This document shows positions 1 to 12,800 of a stretch of 64,000 bases of DNA, in pieces. The stretch lies in contig JAYWIR010000014.1 of NCBI GenBank assembly GCA_036172245.1, positions 1,860,001 through 1,924,000 on the forward strand, in the 5' to 3' direction. The notes below the pieces were generated by a model. It saw nothing but the letters and a program-made list of their open reading frames with translations. It was not told where the DNA came from and searched no databases. Numbering within the stretch: position 1 is the first letter of the stretch; every line of letters begins with the position of its first letter. Origin of the DNA: Raillietiella orientalis. Lineage: Eukaryota. The translations under genes and the position numbers were made by a program.

Positions 1-1948
1 TCCACCCGCTCTCTTACTCTACGAGGTGAGAAGCAGTTTGCACAGCCTGCTCGGGTGAGCAATCAGAGGACGGAGAGGACCAGAGGAGGAAGCGAAGAGC
101 CGAAGACGGAAGAGCGGGGTGGACGGCGAGGAGAGGTCGCACCTTAACTCCGTGCGAACAACCAATCGATCCCACAGTGGAACTCGAGGAACTCTCGGCG
201 GAAAGGGGAGAGCCGGGTAGTGGGAGGGGCTTGCCAGTTTTCGGGATGAGAGGCTCGATTGAACCGACTCTGTGCAAGAGGAATGGCAAGGAGAGGAGAA
301 GCAGATCGTCCGTGGCAATGACAAGTGACACGAGACGAAACGTCGCCTCATAAATGAAATCACCGCATGAGTGATTCTCTCCTGCACGCAACCAAGCACG
401 ATGTCATGGTTCAAAGGATCATGGATGCCGCAATGACGACACGGAAGTGGACTTTGATGTCCGCGAACCGAATTGTCCCGGATTGGATTCCACGCCGTGG
501 TCATTACGAAATGGAAGGGAATTCATAGGCATTCGTATGCCTCCTCTGCTGCTTATCTCGTCTCCGACCTTCTTCCAAGCTCCCTTCCAAAAAAAGAAAA
601 AAAAACGAGCACACACATTCTTCAAGTGGTCAAGAGTGACTGGACCAACGGCACTCGGAAGCAGCCATCGGGTTTCTTTACGACTTGCGGTCCTTCGGAC
701 GTGGCTCTCCTCCACTCGCAACGGGCGACCTCTTCACGGCTTGCACATCCCATCAGAGGAAGATCGGTCCTTCTCGGGAAGGCAGCTCAGAAACTTCTTC
801 GTTTTCCGAGTTTGTCCCTTTCCCGCTGCACGATGCGACCGCGGCTCCCGACGCGACCACTGTGGTGGCGCTTTCGCCCTCAAAAGATCGCCTCCCTCGC
901 GTTTCTCGGGGGAAACCTCAGCCAGGGAAGCAACTTGAAATTCATCATCACCGTCATCGTCGTCATTTTGCACTCCGCTCCGAGGCATCGGGACCTGAAT
1001 CTTTGCAGCTTGATTCGGGTGCGGATTCGTGGCGCTTCATCCGGAAGAGCGCCATGAATGCCGCGCCGCAATAGAACCGCTGCCGGTGAGGACTCCCGGA
1101 AAGCCTGCATCCGAATGCGGAAGCGTTCCGGTTTGCTCCCGTTTCGATCGCACCACTCTCCGAAGTCACGGAACCGTTCGTTGCCAAGAGCATCGGGGAA
1201 GAAAAGTCACCACCGGATGGGACGAGACGCTTGAGGGAGATGACACAAGGGAAGGGAAAGGAAGCGCGACGGGTGCTCCGCTCTGCGAACTCAAGGGATG
1301 ACAACCCCAAAGAACTGGCAAATGCATCTCAGCTGGATGTCTTTTGGAGATGGACCGGGTAGCCTCGAGCGGCCTGCGCTAACATGGTATCTCTCGGCGG
1401 AACCGGGGAGAAGGATACCCCAAACCCCCACGGGATGTCGGCGGAAACATAGGATCGCTTGCAAAGGATTCGAAGCAGGGGCGAAGGATCTCCAGCATCG
1501 TCGTCACTAACCCAGGGGCAACGTCGGCGCGGATGGTAGCGGAGGAGGTAGGAGAAGAAAATGGGAGGGGCTCTCGGAGGTCGAGGTCACCCAGGAACAA
1601 ACACCTCGTCCACCAGCTCAACTCCGAAAAAGGGGGGATCAGGAAGGGACTTCCTAGTAAACGACAAGAAAGCTGCCTCCGCATGCGTCCGGATCCGCCA
1701 GAGGAACGCCTAATCACGGTCGACTCCCTTTCTTTCTCCTCTCCTCCCCCCCTCCCAAGACCGGAATGAATTACCACGGTGCCACCGCAAGAGGAGCGAC
1801 TGATTCCTAGAGGTCAAATGGACCACCCTAACGGGAGTGGAGCTTGGCTGGCCGCGAGGACATCGTCTCCGGAGGCGGTGGTCTCCTGAGGAGACAATGG
1901 CGGTACTGGGACAGCAGCAGTGAGAGCATCACCATCCACAAGAAGGGA

Positions 1949-2014
1949 AACCTCTGCACCCTCACATGGCTCTCGCAGAGGGTGCAGAGGTTGCTCTGCA
2001 CCCTCTGCGAGAGC
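1949..2014. repeat. Overlapping perfect inverted repeats
   Basis: 1969-1989 and 1994-2014 form a perfect 21-bp stem (loop gttg); 1949-1963 and 1978-1992 form a perfect 15-bp stem. Confidence 0.95.
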
Positions 2015-3299
2015 ACGGGAGGATGCTGGAGCGCCGACGTTTACTACTGCTATCCGGGCGCGGCCACCTGCAGTTCTGACTGCCAACCGCGCAACTGAGG
2101 GGGCGATGAAAACAACCGCAGGAGGACCCAGCCTCTTGTCCCCTTGGGTCTGCAGGAACGGACCTTTGGACGAGATTCCCCTCCGTTGCCTAGGAGTAAC
2201 CACTGCTGAAGGAGGAAGACGTCCTTTGGCTTAAATCTCCTATAACCTTGGGAAGAAGCAACGCTACTTCGCATCCCGTCCCTACTGGACACTGAGCGTT
2301 GCCCGCAGTTCCGTGCATTCTCTCGCATCCCCAACCCTCTTCAGTCTTTGTCCTGTGACGTTTCTTTGGGGAATACTCGTGCTCCAGAAGCATCTCGCTA
2401 TCTCTTGCTGGAGATGACGCGGCGGCAGAATGGGGAGAACGGAGGAGGAGAAAGGGGAGGATTCCCGCCACCCTCATCCGTAGGGAAGGAGTCTCTTGAT
2501 GGGGGACTCTCGCCTTCCAGGATTACCTACAGGGAAGGGAAGGCTCCCAAGTTCCGTTATTGAGGGGGAAATGCTTCTAGTCCCACCATGTCCCGAGCGG
2601 AGGCATGGCGGTACTCGTTGACCAAGGAACGGAGATCAGGGACGCTCCGGCCGCGCAGCTGAGACCTTTCGGGTCACCGGCGAGAGAGAGACCCCGCAAA
2701 GCCGCTGGACCTTAGGTGCTCAAGGAGAGCCAAGCGCTGCCGGGAGAGCGCTGCACGTCCCCAGGAACTCTTCTCCCGGTTCTTTTCCTACTGGTTTGTG
2801 GAGGAAAGACGGTCAGCAAGGAAGGAGGGGTGGATCTGACATCCTCGAGTCTCTTTGCCAACGACGCGTCGCTCGGTGACGGACAGAAGGCGCGCACGCG
2901 CCGTGCATTCAGTCGGCGGATTCGCATAGATGACTCTTGGAGGGAGAAAGCGTCTCCTCATGGCAAGCTCTCCCACTCTTTAGAAGGAGGCAGGGATGAG
3001 GGGAGGAAAGCAGGGGGGGGGGAGATGGGAAGCAGCCCGGGAAGGGGTGGCAGAGATGGAATGCCCGCTCCCTCTGGAGGCATCCGAGCCGCAGAGAAAG
3101 GGAAGAGCATACTTTAAGGCAGAGACGTACCCCGTTGAATGCACCCTCCGCACACCCTCGTCGGCTGCTGCGGGTGGCTCGACCTCTCATTCTTTCTCTT
3201 TCTACCATCTGGAGGGAAGCGAAGGAAGTGCAAGTCCCCGGATATTTCGTCAGCACCTGACTCGGAATGACATGACGCCGGGAATGATTCAATCATATC

Positions 3300-4800
3300 A
3301 GTATTCTCCAGAAAACGGCCCCGAGACCCGCTGCAGGAGCTTTCGCCGACCGTCGGAACCCCCTCTCTTCGATGCCAGCATCCTCATCACCCAGTCCTCC
3401 AGGTAGCGGGTTCCACTCCGGATCACGCCCAAAGGCTGGAGAGCACCGGCTTCCTCCTGATGCCCGAGGGATCCTCTTCCGGAAAAAAATCAACTCCGTT
3501 GAAAGGATCGGCTTCCCTTCGGGTTTGCCCTGGGGGCGTAAAGCATGTTGTTGTTTCCGCTCGTTTGCCTTCCTTTCGGTCTTCATCCAACGAGAGGAGT
3601 TCGCCATCTCCGGCACTCTCCGGCACCTTCCGTTCTCATCCCAGGAAGTGAGCATCCCAGTGCCACGGAGAGCAGCAGCGAGAAAGGCTGCGCGCTCCTC
3701 TGATGCAGACTTTGATGACGAAGGAAAGAGTCGAATCCTCCTAGGAGAGCGCCGAGTACTCGCGCCCCGCTCAGACCGGAGTCGGTTTCCAAGAAGAGCG
3801 CTAGAGGGGAGAATGCCTGCGGTAGTGGATCCGAGCCAGTGGCTCTTCGGGAGAGAAGCGATACTCTGAAGTGCGCATCACCCCGGGATCGATGTGTCGT
3901 CCACGCACTCCGGATACAAGGGCCCTCGATCCGTGCGCGGTTGTGCCTCTGGATCCAGTTCAATGTTCGAGGAGCCAATCTGGTCCCAGAGGCGCCATCG
4001 TCGAAGCGCAAACTCTCCAGGTCACGCGACGCATCCGTCCCATCCTTCACGTGGAATCTCGCGTTGTTGCGCAACCCACCGGCAGAAAGAGAGAGCAGGC
4101 ACTCTCCTCGGCCGGAGAGGAAGAGACCACCTTCGAGATGGGAGAAGGGAAATCCTCGCGCAATGCCTTGGACGACGCCGAGGTGAACTGGGGTGGGATC
4201 CGCATGGACACGTGCGAACGGACGGCACACGGGCCAAAACCTTCCCGAGCTGTCTAATCCGGAAGTCCCCAAGAAAGACGCTGGGAAGGACGTTCGGAGA
4301 CGTTGCCGGTTACCACGGGCTGTCTCCACGGACGCCGTTGCTCAGCCAAATACGCTGAAGAATTCTAGGTCGCACACAAAGTCCTGTGGGTGGGTTCCAA
4401 CGGTCGGCTAAAGGGCTCGCAGAGGGTCTTGAGGCCGTTTCCGGGAGGTTGCTGATCTCACTACTTGGATTCCCTGCTGTGCTTCCTGCCAATTCCCGGA
4501 TCAAGCGCCTCACTTCCTCACCCACCTCCTCCGTGAAGACTGCCTTTTGCCCCACCACCGCTGAGAAAAACGGTGGGGAGGGAAAAGAAAGCAGTTCCTC
4601 GGGACACGCGCCTTGTCCCTTCTCTCTCGTTCTTTCGCTGCCGCCACTGCAGCCTCCATGCGCGCCAGAAGCCAAATGGGAAGGTGGCGTCCTAATGATA
4701 CCACGGCCAAGCTTGGGGTTCCGTGCGCTTCCTCGAAGTCTCGCAAAAACAAAGCAACAAGAACTCGGCACTTACCATCTGGAGGCCATCTGCGACGGAG
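3300..4800 (-). mobile_element. Degenerate non-LTR RT fragment
   Basis: FTEEVGEEVRRLIREL (about 4520), RWNPPTGLC..RIL (WRPI.L-like, about 4395), QGIARGFPFS (G.RQG.PLS-like, about 4155), in order with an apparent internal deletion. Confidence 0.45.
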
Positions 4801-4949
4801 TACTGTCCGCTCTTAATGCTAGGTTGGCGAGCTTGATGCTTGCCCTTTCGGTGAAGGCAGCATTACCAGTCAGTGGAGGTCCACTTGTAGTTGCAGCTGG
4901 GAGAGCTCAGAGAGTGTTTCGAGTGTAGCTGGGAATGGAAAACAAGGTG

Positions 4950-5680
4950 AAAGGAGCCACAGGCAGGATCAACAGCACTGCATCGCTTATGCTGACGAAG
5001 CAGCAGCCTTACTCTCATCACATCTCGGCATCAGAAAGGAAAGTCGCTACAGAGGCACACCTGTTGGCAAATTAGTTGTTAAGGCTGCAACACCATTAGC
5101 AACCTTCGGGATATGCACAGGTTTTTCTGAGGTTCGTCATTGCTTTAATTTATTCCGTATGTTATTAGATGTCGCGAACGGTCCATTCGAGCGTTCAAAC
5201 TGGGTATGAAATGGGAGATGTGAGCAGTGCTGGAGATCTCAGCTTGAGTTTTTGTGCAAGAACGCGCAGACTCTTGGTTTCTGCACCCAGTGGTTTTGAT
5301 CATGGAGATTTCCGTAAACACCCTTTAGTTGCCGTACAATGCAACAACGACCGTAAGCCTTCATTGGGGAAAGATGTTGCACGCCTGGAGAGCCCAACTG
5401 GAGGTCGCAAACAATCCTTGAGTGAATACGGAAGCAGTTGTTTCAGAGATGAACAGCGCAGGTTCCTCTGCCCCAAACTGCGATACTCGCATGATGGGTT
5501 TTCGGACAAGACCGAAACCATGGGTTCCATTAACCAGCTCAACCTTTAGATGAGCTGATTGAAGTGCTGACCAGCTGCTCCAAGTGAGAAGCCTAAAGGC
5601 GAACCCTCTCTTCCGTATTTGCAAAACTCGTGACAGCGAAACTTGCAAGATGCTGATTCAGCAAAGGTGGATTTTTCCTT
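4950..5680 (-). mobile_element. Second degenerate RT fragment
   Basis: RGFAFR, VRKPIMRV (KAFD.V-like) and FATSSWALQACNIFP (GV.QGC.LSP-like), all in ORF 5361-5648. Confidence 0.35.
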
Positions 5681-6988
5681 TTTTTCTCTCTCTCTCTCTC
5701 GTAGAGATGCTCTGGAAGGGAGGAGGGAGATTTCTCTCTCATATCGCCTTCACCTACGCGGCATTGCAGAGTGCTCTTTCCGAATTGAATTCCAAGAGTT
5801 TACAGCTCCCGCGTCCGTAAGCAGCCATCAACTATAACGGTTCTTGTTATTTATTTATTACGCTGCAGGAATTGCCGGCAGCATCTTTGTCTTCCTCGGT
5901 TTTTTATTTGCTCGTCAGCAACTGCGGACCTCTACAAGAGCTCCTCCGTTTACGATTTGAATGAAGGGGAAACGCAACCACAAGTAGGGAGAGCCCGTTC
6001 GCGAGGAGTATGTCGGAGGAATCAGGGAATGACGTAGCGGCCGGATGGCTTAGACTACGGGGCCGTTGAGGAGGCAGTGGCAGGTAGGCGGCCCGCGACA
6101 GGGAGCGCGGCTACGGAGTGGACATCAAGAACAAGTGGGTCGCAGCGCTACTGCCGCCCGCCGGCGCGCCTGGTGCGGCTGCACAAATGCGAGCCGGGAG
6201 GGAGAAGAGGGAGGAGGAGAAAAGAGCGTGACGAGGGGAGAAGAAAAGGGAGGACGAAGGGGAGGAAAGGACTCGCAGCTTGTTTGGGAAACTGAACGCG
6301 CGAGTCGCCCAGGGACGCCCAGAGCTGCGCACGGCCTCGCTACCGCCTGCAGGATGCGGAGCGGAGGCGGGGTAGGAAGAAGCGGGGGAGGGGGGGGGGG
6401 ACGGCAGAGTCGCACGCAGCGATGGTCTCCGCAGCGTCTACGCAAGCATCAGGAGGAAGGCGTCAAGTGAAACGGGAGAGCGGGACGCAGCTGCAACCGC
6501 GGAGCTGCGTGTTTGAGTCTCGTGCCCGTCCCTCCCTCACGTTCGTCGCCAACACCTCGGCCGTCCACAGTCGCTTCCTGAATTCGGACAGATGCCTGAG
6601 AAAAGACAGCGAGAGATTTTGGTTCCAGCATGGACCACGAGGGAGCCGCGGAGGCGGACCAGCCTGGGAGATTCTGGGAAGGAGGGGGAGGGGGGAGAAC
6701 GAACGCGCGCTTCGCGCCTGCACCACTCATGAGCGATCTTCCAGTAAGAGGGGCTGAATAAATGCAACGCCCTCTTCCTTGGATAACGCACGGCTGGACC
6801 AAAAAAGAAAAAAGGATTTTATCGCTAGATGGCCCTCGTGAGCGACAGAAGGAGATGAAGGAAGTCGATCAAGAGGGCTATCCTTTTCTGAAGAAATGAA
6901 AACGGCCGGTTGCCTCCCAGTTAAAACCTCGTTTCCATCTGGGAAGCGCTCCTAGTTCTTTCTGCTCGTCCTGTCCCTTGGTCCACTC

Positions 6989-7800
6989 TTGATTTTCCGG
7001 ATCGTCGCTTGGAATACGAAAATGACCCAGGCTCTCTCAAAAGCCGGTCATATCAGCGGGAGGTCGTCCCTTTTAGTGTTATGGGAGCAGCCGAACCTTA
7101 CGTCCGGTTCTCCCACTGAGAAAGACCCTCCGACCTTGCAGCTTTGGAGGAAGCGGAAGAGTTTCCCCCTTTGAAGACGCTCGCCGTGTGCTCGGATCAA
7201 TACGGATCGATGCTCCAACAGGAGGCAGGATGCTGCGGAAGAACCCGCGTCTTTTCCGTCGAGCGAGAACCACGTACCTGTCGAGACCGGAAACGTCTGC
7301 CTACCGCGCTTCTCTTCGCCAGGATGGACCACCACTCGCGGGAAATTCTCCCGAGAAAAAAAGCCACGGGTTGCGAAATTTGATTATGCCCCTCTCCTAT
7401 TCTCTCTTCTCCTCTATTTCGACACCCTCCCTTCCTCAATTCCCGGAAGTAGGAGACGGAACCCCGGTCTTCAGCCAAGCCCTTGAACTCTGTTCCCCCG
7501 TCGGAGGCCGACGAACGCCGTCGAAACCGCCTCGCAAAATCAATGGACACGAAGAGCATTTTCTTCATTTCGACATGCAAATCAAACGAATTCCCAGCTG
7601 ATTAGTGAATTCGCCACTCTCCGTTCGGATATGCAAATTCGACCGTTCGCCGAATGTGCACACAGCGGAGTTCTCTGCACCTGGAAACGCGTAAATTCAA
7701 TGAGCGAGTCACACACGAAACCCTCACCCACGAGCGCCCGGCACCAGAGGAACGCGCCCAGCGGTCTCCGGACCGCTACCTCGCCTGCTTCGAATGAAGT
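6989..7800 (+). mobile_element. Non-LTR retrotransposon APE endonuclease fragment
   Basis: IFRIVAWNT...LLVLWE matches the ORF2 N-terminal I.SWN...LQE pattern; later PVGG (about 7500) and CTWKR (about 7680). Confidence 0.45.
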
Positions 7801-9309
7801 CGCTCGTGGCAAGAGACGCACCAGCACGTGGGAAATCCCTTCTGTCCCTCGAGGTTCGCAGGGTCTTTCGCCGTCGGTTCTCATCGCGAAGCGGGAGCTG
7901 CAGCCGATCCCGGAGGCACTTGCGATACCGCGAGCAAAAGGGAGGCGAGCTCCAGGCATCCCGTCTGCTTCCAAACAGTGGCTTGGCGGCCAGGTAGGCG
8001 GCGTATCACACACTTAAGATGGTGGCAGCAGATTGTATTCATGTGTCAAACGGGGATGCAGTGCTACGGTTAGCATTACGCATCTGAATGTAATCTCTTG
8101 TGACAGTTCCAACGGGCAATCGACTAACTCTCCGTACAAGACCAGCTCCTAGGGGACATGCGAGGCATCTTCGTATTCCAGACGCCACTGCGCATGCCCA
8201 AGTGTTGACTAAGATCCCACAGGTGAATGATTGGTTCAAAGAGGTGAATAGGAAGACGGGGGGGGGGGAGAAGGGAAGAAAAACACACACAAAAAAAAAA
8301 GCATCCAGAAGCCTTCGAGAGGGGAGCAGGGTCGTTCAGTGACGCAAACAAATCAGGTGAGTTGATTGAACCGTCATGCAGCGCGTACTCAAGTCTCCCC
8401 ACAGCATTCCGGTCTTTTCCGCATTTCTTTTTCGCACCTCCTCCTCCTTTCGTCTTCTTCCTCCTTCCCCTTTCTTCCTCTTTCTCCTTCGACCAGTTCC
8501 CGATCGTTGCATGCGGAACTCCCCTCACACCCATATTAGGTTGCGCTCGTCTAACCTAACCTGACCTATTGTCCTTGAGCCCCCAACTCTGGCACGCAGA
8601 CGTGCGCCGTGGAAAATTGTCAACGCCTTGGACGCTTGCAAATGGCGCTGCCCGCTCGCAGTCACATGCAGTGCAGCCTGCATGCTGCTGCAGAACACAC
8701 GGTCTTCGCTGACTTCGCTCAGATCTGGATATTTTTCTCCGGCTCGCGCAGCCTGTTTGTCGGCAGCAGGGCCTAGCATCCACCCGCTCCGCCGACTATG
8801 TGAGCATCTTTGCGTGCGTGAAGTTTTTCTTCGTCTTTTCTCGCATACAGGGAAGCACTTTACCTCCCCTAATGAGCAGCGGCGCTTTCGCCGGCAGCAG
8901 AAACGAACAGATGTGCGCTCTGCAGCATCAAAACGGGTGGGACCCGAGCGAAGGGAAGAGATCTCATAGAGCCAGCTGTCCAAGGTGAAACGCTCGTCGG
9001 GGAAATCCGAAATCCTCTCGCACCTCTTTCCCGAACGGGAGCGTTCAGACCTCGCGGAAGGGGATGAGCTCCGCCGCCGGTGCTACGAGGATGGAGCGAC
9101 GAGGAGGCTGCAGATAAATCGTCAATGTGGGAAGGGATGAAGTGAAGCACGCAGCGACACAGGTGCACGGTGCAAACACGTGGGCGCTCGCGCGTTTCCT
9201 CCCAAAAGGGAGCGGCGGTACATTCAGCACGCCGTTGCGGATCCAGAAATCGCGTCGATGCTCGCGTGCGTCCGAGAGAGGATCCTCAGGACTGCTCGTT
9301 GCCTCGGGA

Positions 9310-12300
9310 GGGAATAATTATCGGCATTGTGAAATGGAATTTCTGGAAGCACCTGATGAGAAAGAATTTTTTTTTCGAGCACGCAAACAAGGCAGTAAGA
9401 CCGACCAGCGGCGAGAAAGGGGACCCTTGTGGGTTGCGAGCAGAGGACGGATCGCCAGCGGTTCCCGAAGTAACAGGGATGTTGAGTGCAGCCAGCGTTG
9501 ATTCGAGGTGCTTTGGTGTGAGGGAAGGAAGGGAAAGGGGGAAGGGCTTAAGGTGAGAAAGCTACAGAGCAGCAGGGAAAAAGTACGCTTCCGATTGCGA
9601 TTGGTTTGGTACAGGAAAGAGATCGACATGCAAGAGATGACTTCCGGCGGTGCCGAAAAGGCAGCACAGGCAGACGCTTGCGTTCGTTCCTGAGAACTCT
9701 CAACAGGCACCTTCCTTCTCGGCCGAGGAAGGCGGTAAGCCGCGGAGATGCAGATTTGCATTTGCGGCTTATCGAAGCGGTCCCTTCCGGGAGTTTCCCT
9801 CGTACCCAGGCCCGTTTCCAAGCCGCTGCCAGGCTCCGCGAACACGCTGCACTCGAGGCTCGGGCTTCCGTCAGCTGCCTATTTCACCGTGAATTATCTT
9901 CTGCCTTTTCTTCTGCAGCTGCAGGGGCAAGCGAAATGTGGTCGGCTTACTTCCACAAGGACCAGTTCCGACAAAGACCGCTCGTTCCCTTTCCCGTGGA
10001 GCCGGATGCCTCGTCACGATCTTTTCATTTCCTCTCCTCGTGCCGAATCGGATGCCGGCGACGAGCAGAGAAACTCCTTCCAGACAGATGCCCCCGCCCG
10101 GTGGCCGGGTTACGGTGCGCGTCCTTGTGGCTGTTGCTAAAGAAATTCTGCTCCCGGGTCCCTCTTGCAATTCCACCCAGCAGCCGAAGGTGGGATTCGG
10201 TTCATCCGTCACGTACGGCGCCTCTGAGCCCCAGCTCGCTTTTCGCGCTCAGATGGAGCCGGGTGCGGCGCTTTTGCGCCCAGACCGGTTCTATCTGAGA
10301 GCGAAAATACCCTCCGTCACCATCTTTCCGGATCTCAGCGATGCCCTTCCTCGATGGTTTCTTCTTTGTCGTCGTCAAAGTCCCGCTATCTAGGAAGGAA
10401 GTCCTAAACTCGACGTCAAGACAGGTTCCGGATAAGCTTCTAATCCAGACTCCCTCCATTACGGTACTCCATCTTATTTTTAGAACTCCATACTAATTTC
10501 CTCTCCTCCCCCCCCCCCCTTCTCCTTCTTCCTGCTTGCTCTCCTCGTAGATAAACGTGATTGGTAGGCTAATTAACTGCGACTGGTATCGGATCGTGGA
10601 GTTCTCAGACACTCCCACAATCTGGAAAAACGAAAGGAAGACGAAGGTAGATGATTAAGGAGAAGGGAGATAGAAGGGCTGCGGCGCTCCCTGGACGAAC
10701 TCTCACCCATCCAGGTGATGGATTCGCAGTCCTGGAGTCAGCTGTGCTGCACGTACCAGTTCCCTCCTCTACAACCATTGCGTCTGTTCGAATGCGATTC
10801 CTGCTATGCCTGTGCTTCCGGATAGACGGAAGAATTCGTGGAAAGAGGACAGCTGAGGAAAAAGGCGCGCGGTGCCATTCCCGCGCGCGATGTGACTCCT
10901 GGTAGTGTGTGGATGGCGTCGCGCTCCTGGTGTGGGAACTTTCCGTCAGGAAGCTGCGCGAAGAGGATGATCACCTTCCGAATTCCCCCAGTGGAGATCG
11001 GTCACCGTGTCCTCCCAATCGTGCCACTGCGTTCTCCCGGTCCTCCTCCGCCCACTCGACGCGCTCGCACCGCACGCGAAAAGTCCTGTCGTGGTCGTTT
11101 GCTTGTGGTTTCACAGTCGCGAACATTTCTTTGGAAACGCGGAACCCACAGGGCGTTGTTACTTTCGGTCCATCCCGAACCAATGAGGAAAAGGAGACAA
11201 GACTCCAGAGAAGAACACCACCTCTGACACGTTACCACGCTCGAACGATCGGCCGAGGAGGGGAATGGAACTCCGCAACTTTCGTCAGGGATGAACATCC
11301 GACTGGAAGTGAGCTGAATAAATTTGGAGCAGGTAGAAAGGCCGCGCGGCGCACGGAGCACGAACATCGTGGGGAGACTTTGGTGTTCAAGACGGATTTA
11401 TATCGTGCTGTGCAGACGCGAGAACGAAGGATGGGAAAGCGAGAAAGAGTGGCCGTACCGCCGGCAAGCAGGTGGCTCTCGTACACAGAATTTTCGCTGA
11501 CGTGAAGCCCGAAAGCATTCTTTGAGGAGTGGATTTGGGTCCTCCAGGGATGCACAGGGCCAACGCTCCGTCCAGACTGCAGCGTTGCTGCAAAAAGGCA
11601 CAGGGCGAAAACAGAAAGCGAGAACCCGTTGCCGCGTTGCGCGCATCGCAGCTTGCTGGGACGGTGGTTTCAGAGTCTTTTCTGCGGACCGAGTCCTTAT
11701 CGTTTCCGAGGAAGGCGCAGACAATACGGCTGGACATCACATCGGATGTAGGAAGGGAATTGGGCAAACGGATGGTGGCTTTCGTGGAGCAGACTGGAAG
11801 TGCGAATCGCACTCGTTTCCGCAAGTAGCACGGTGCAAAATAAAACAGGGATGACCTATGGCCGTCTAAGCTCTCTGGGACGAAGAAGACCTACAGTTTT
11901 TTCAGCATCCTCTTGTCAGGGGACTAACCGCAAGTTGCACCTTGTAGCACGCGGATATGACTCCTACACTCCTTGCAAAGGATGCCGAGTTCCTTCGTGT
12001 CCGCAGCCGAGTTGTGGTGGTCGACTGTGGCCGCAAGAGAAAAATGGGGCAGTGATCGCAAAGAGAGTCGGGAATGGCAACATTACGAGGCAGTCCCGAA
12101 TTCTTTGCATTGAGAAGCCGGTCATTCCCGGGACCCAGTGCCCTTCGGAGGTGTTTCCCTTAGCACTGGAATTTGGAGGAAAGGAGGGGAGAAAGAGGTT
12201 CCTCAGCCAAGTGAGTGACGAAATGGGCGAAACATAGTGAATTCGCCCGCCCCGTCGCGAAGAACGTCCGCGAAAACTTGCCCGTTTTGCATGAATGCCG

Positions 12301-12800
12301 CTGTGGGGCCGCCCTGTGCTCTTTCCCATCTCCTGCAGACCTCTGCCCCTGCAAAATCGAGCAGCAGAGATGCAGGCGACGAAGAGGAGTGCGTTCTCGG
12401 AAGTTGATTCAAGAGCGACCCCATCATCCCGACGAAACTTGAAGGGAAGAGTCCGTGATTCGTCAGCGGGAACCGAAAGGGACGGACCTCCGGGAATGGG
12501 AAACAGGGCGAAAAGGAGTCCCCGATCGGGCTTCTCCTGGGAAGTCCGTAGAAGAAAGAGGCAAGAACTTCTTGCATCTTCCTCCGGGAATGGAGGATCC
12601 CTCCGAGTGAGGCGCAAGGCAGACCGGTGCTTTCGGTTCGCCTTTACGAGCGCAAGTGGTGCCTTCTGCTGAACGCGCTTTGGAGCGCAGTCGTGGAGCT
12701 GGAGGAAAAAAGGCACCAAAAAGGGAGACCTTCCAGAGGAAGGGAACCCACTATAGAAGAGCAAAACTTTCCAACGTGCAAGAGCGCGCAAGGATTTGCC
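9310..12800 (+). mobile_element. Degenerate L1/Tx1-like ORF2
   Basis: IIIGIVKWNF (APE start, about 9314), ICICG, HSRL; then HLPNSPSGD (about 10972), QGVVTF, FKTDLYRAV (D..KAFD-like, about 11390), GNGGSL (about 12590). Heavily frameshifted. Confidence 0.5.

Noticed and set aside
8551..8568. CCTAA-like repeats resembling the TTAGG telomere motif
   Set aside because: Only about 3 imperfect units.
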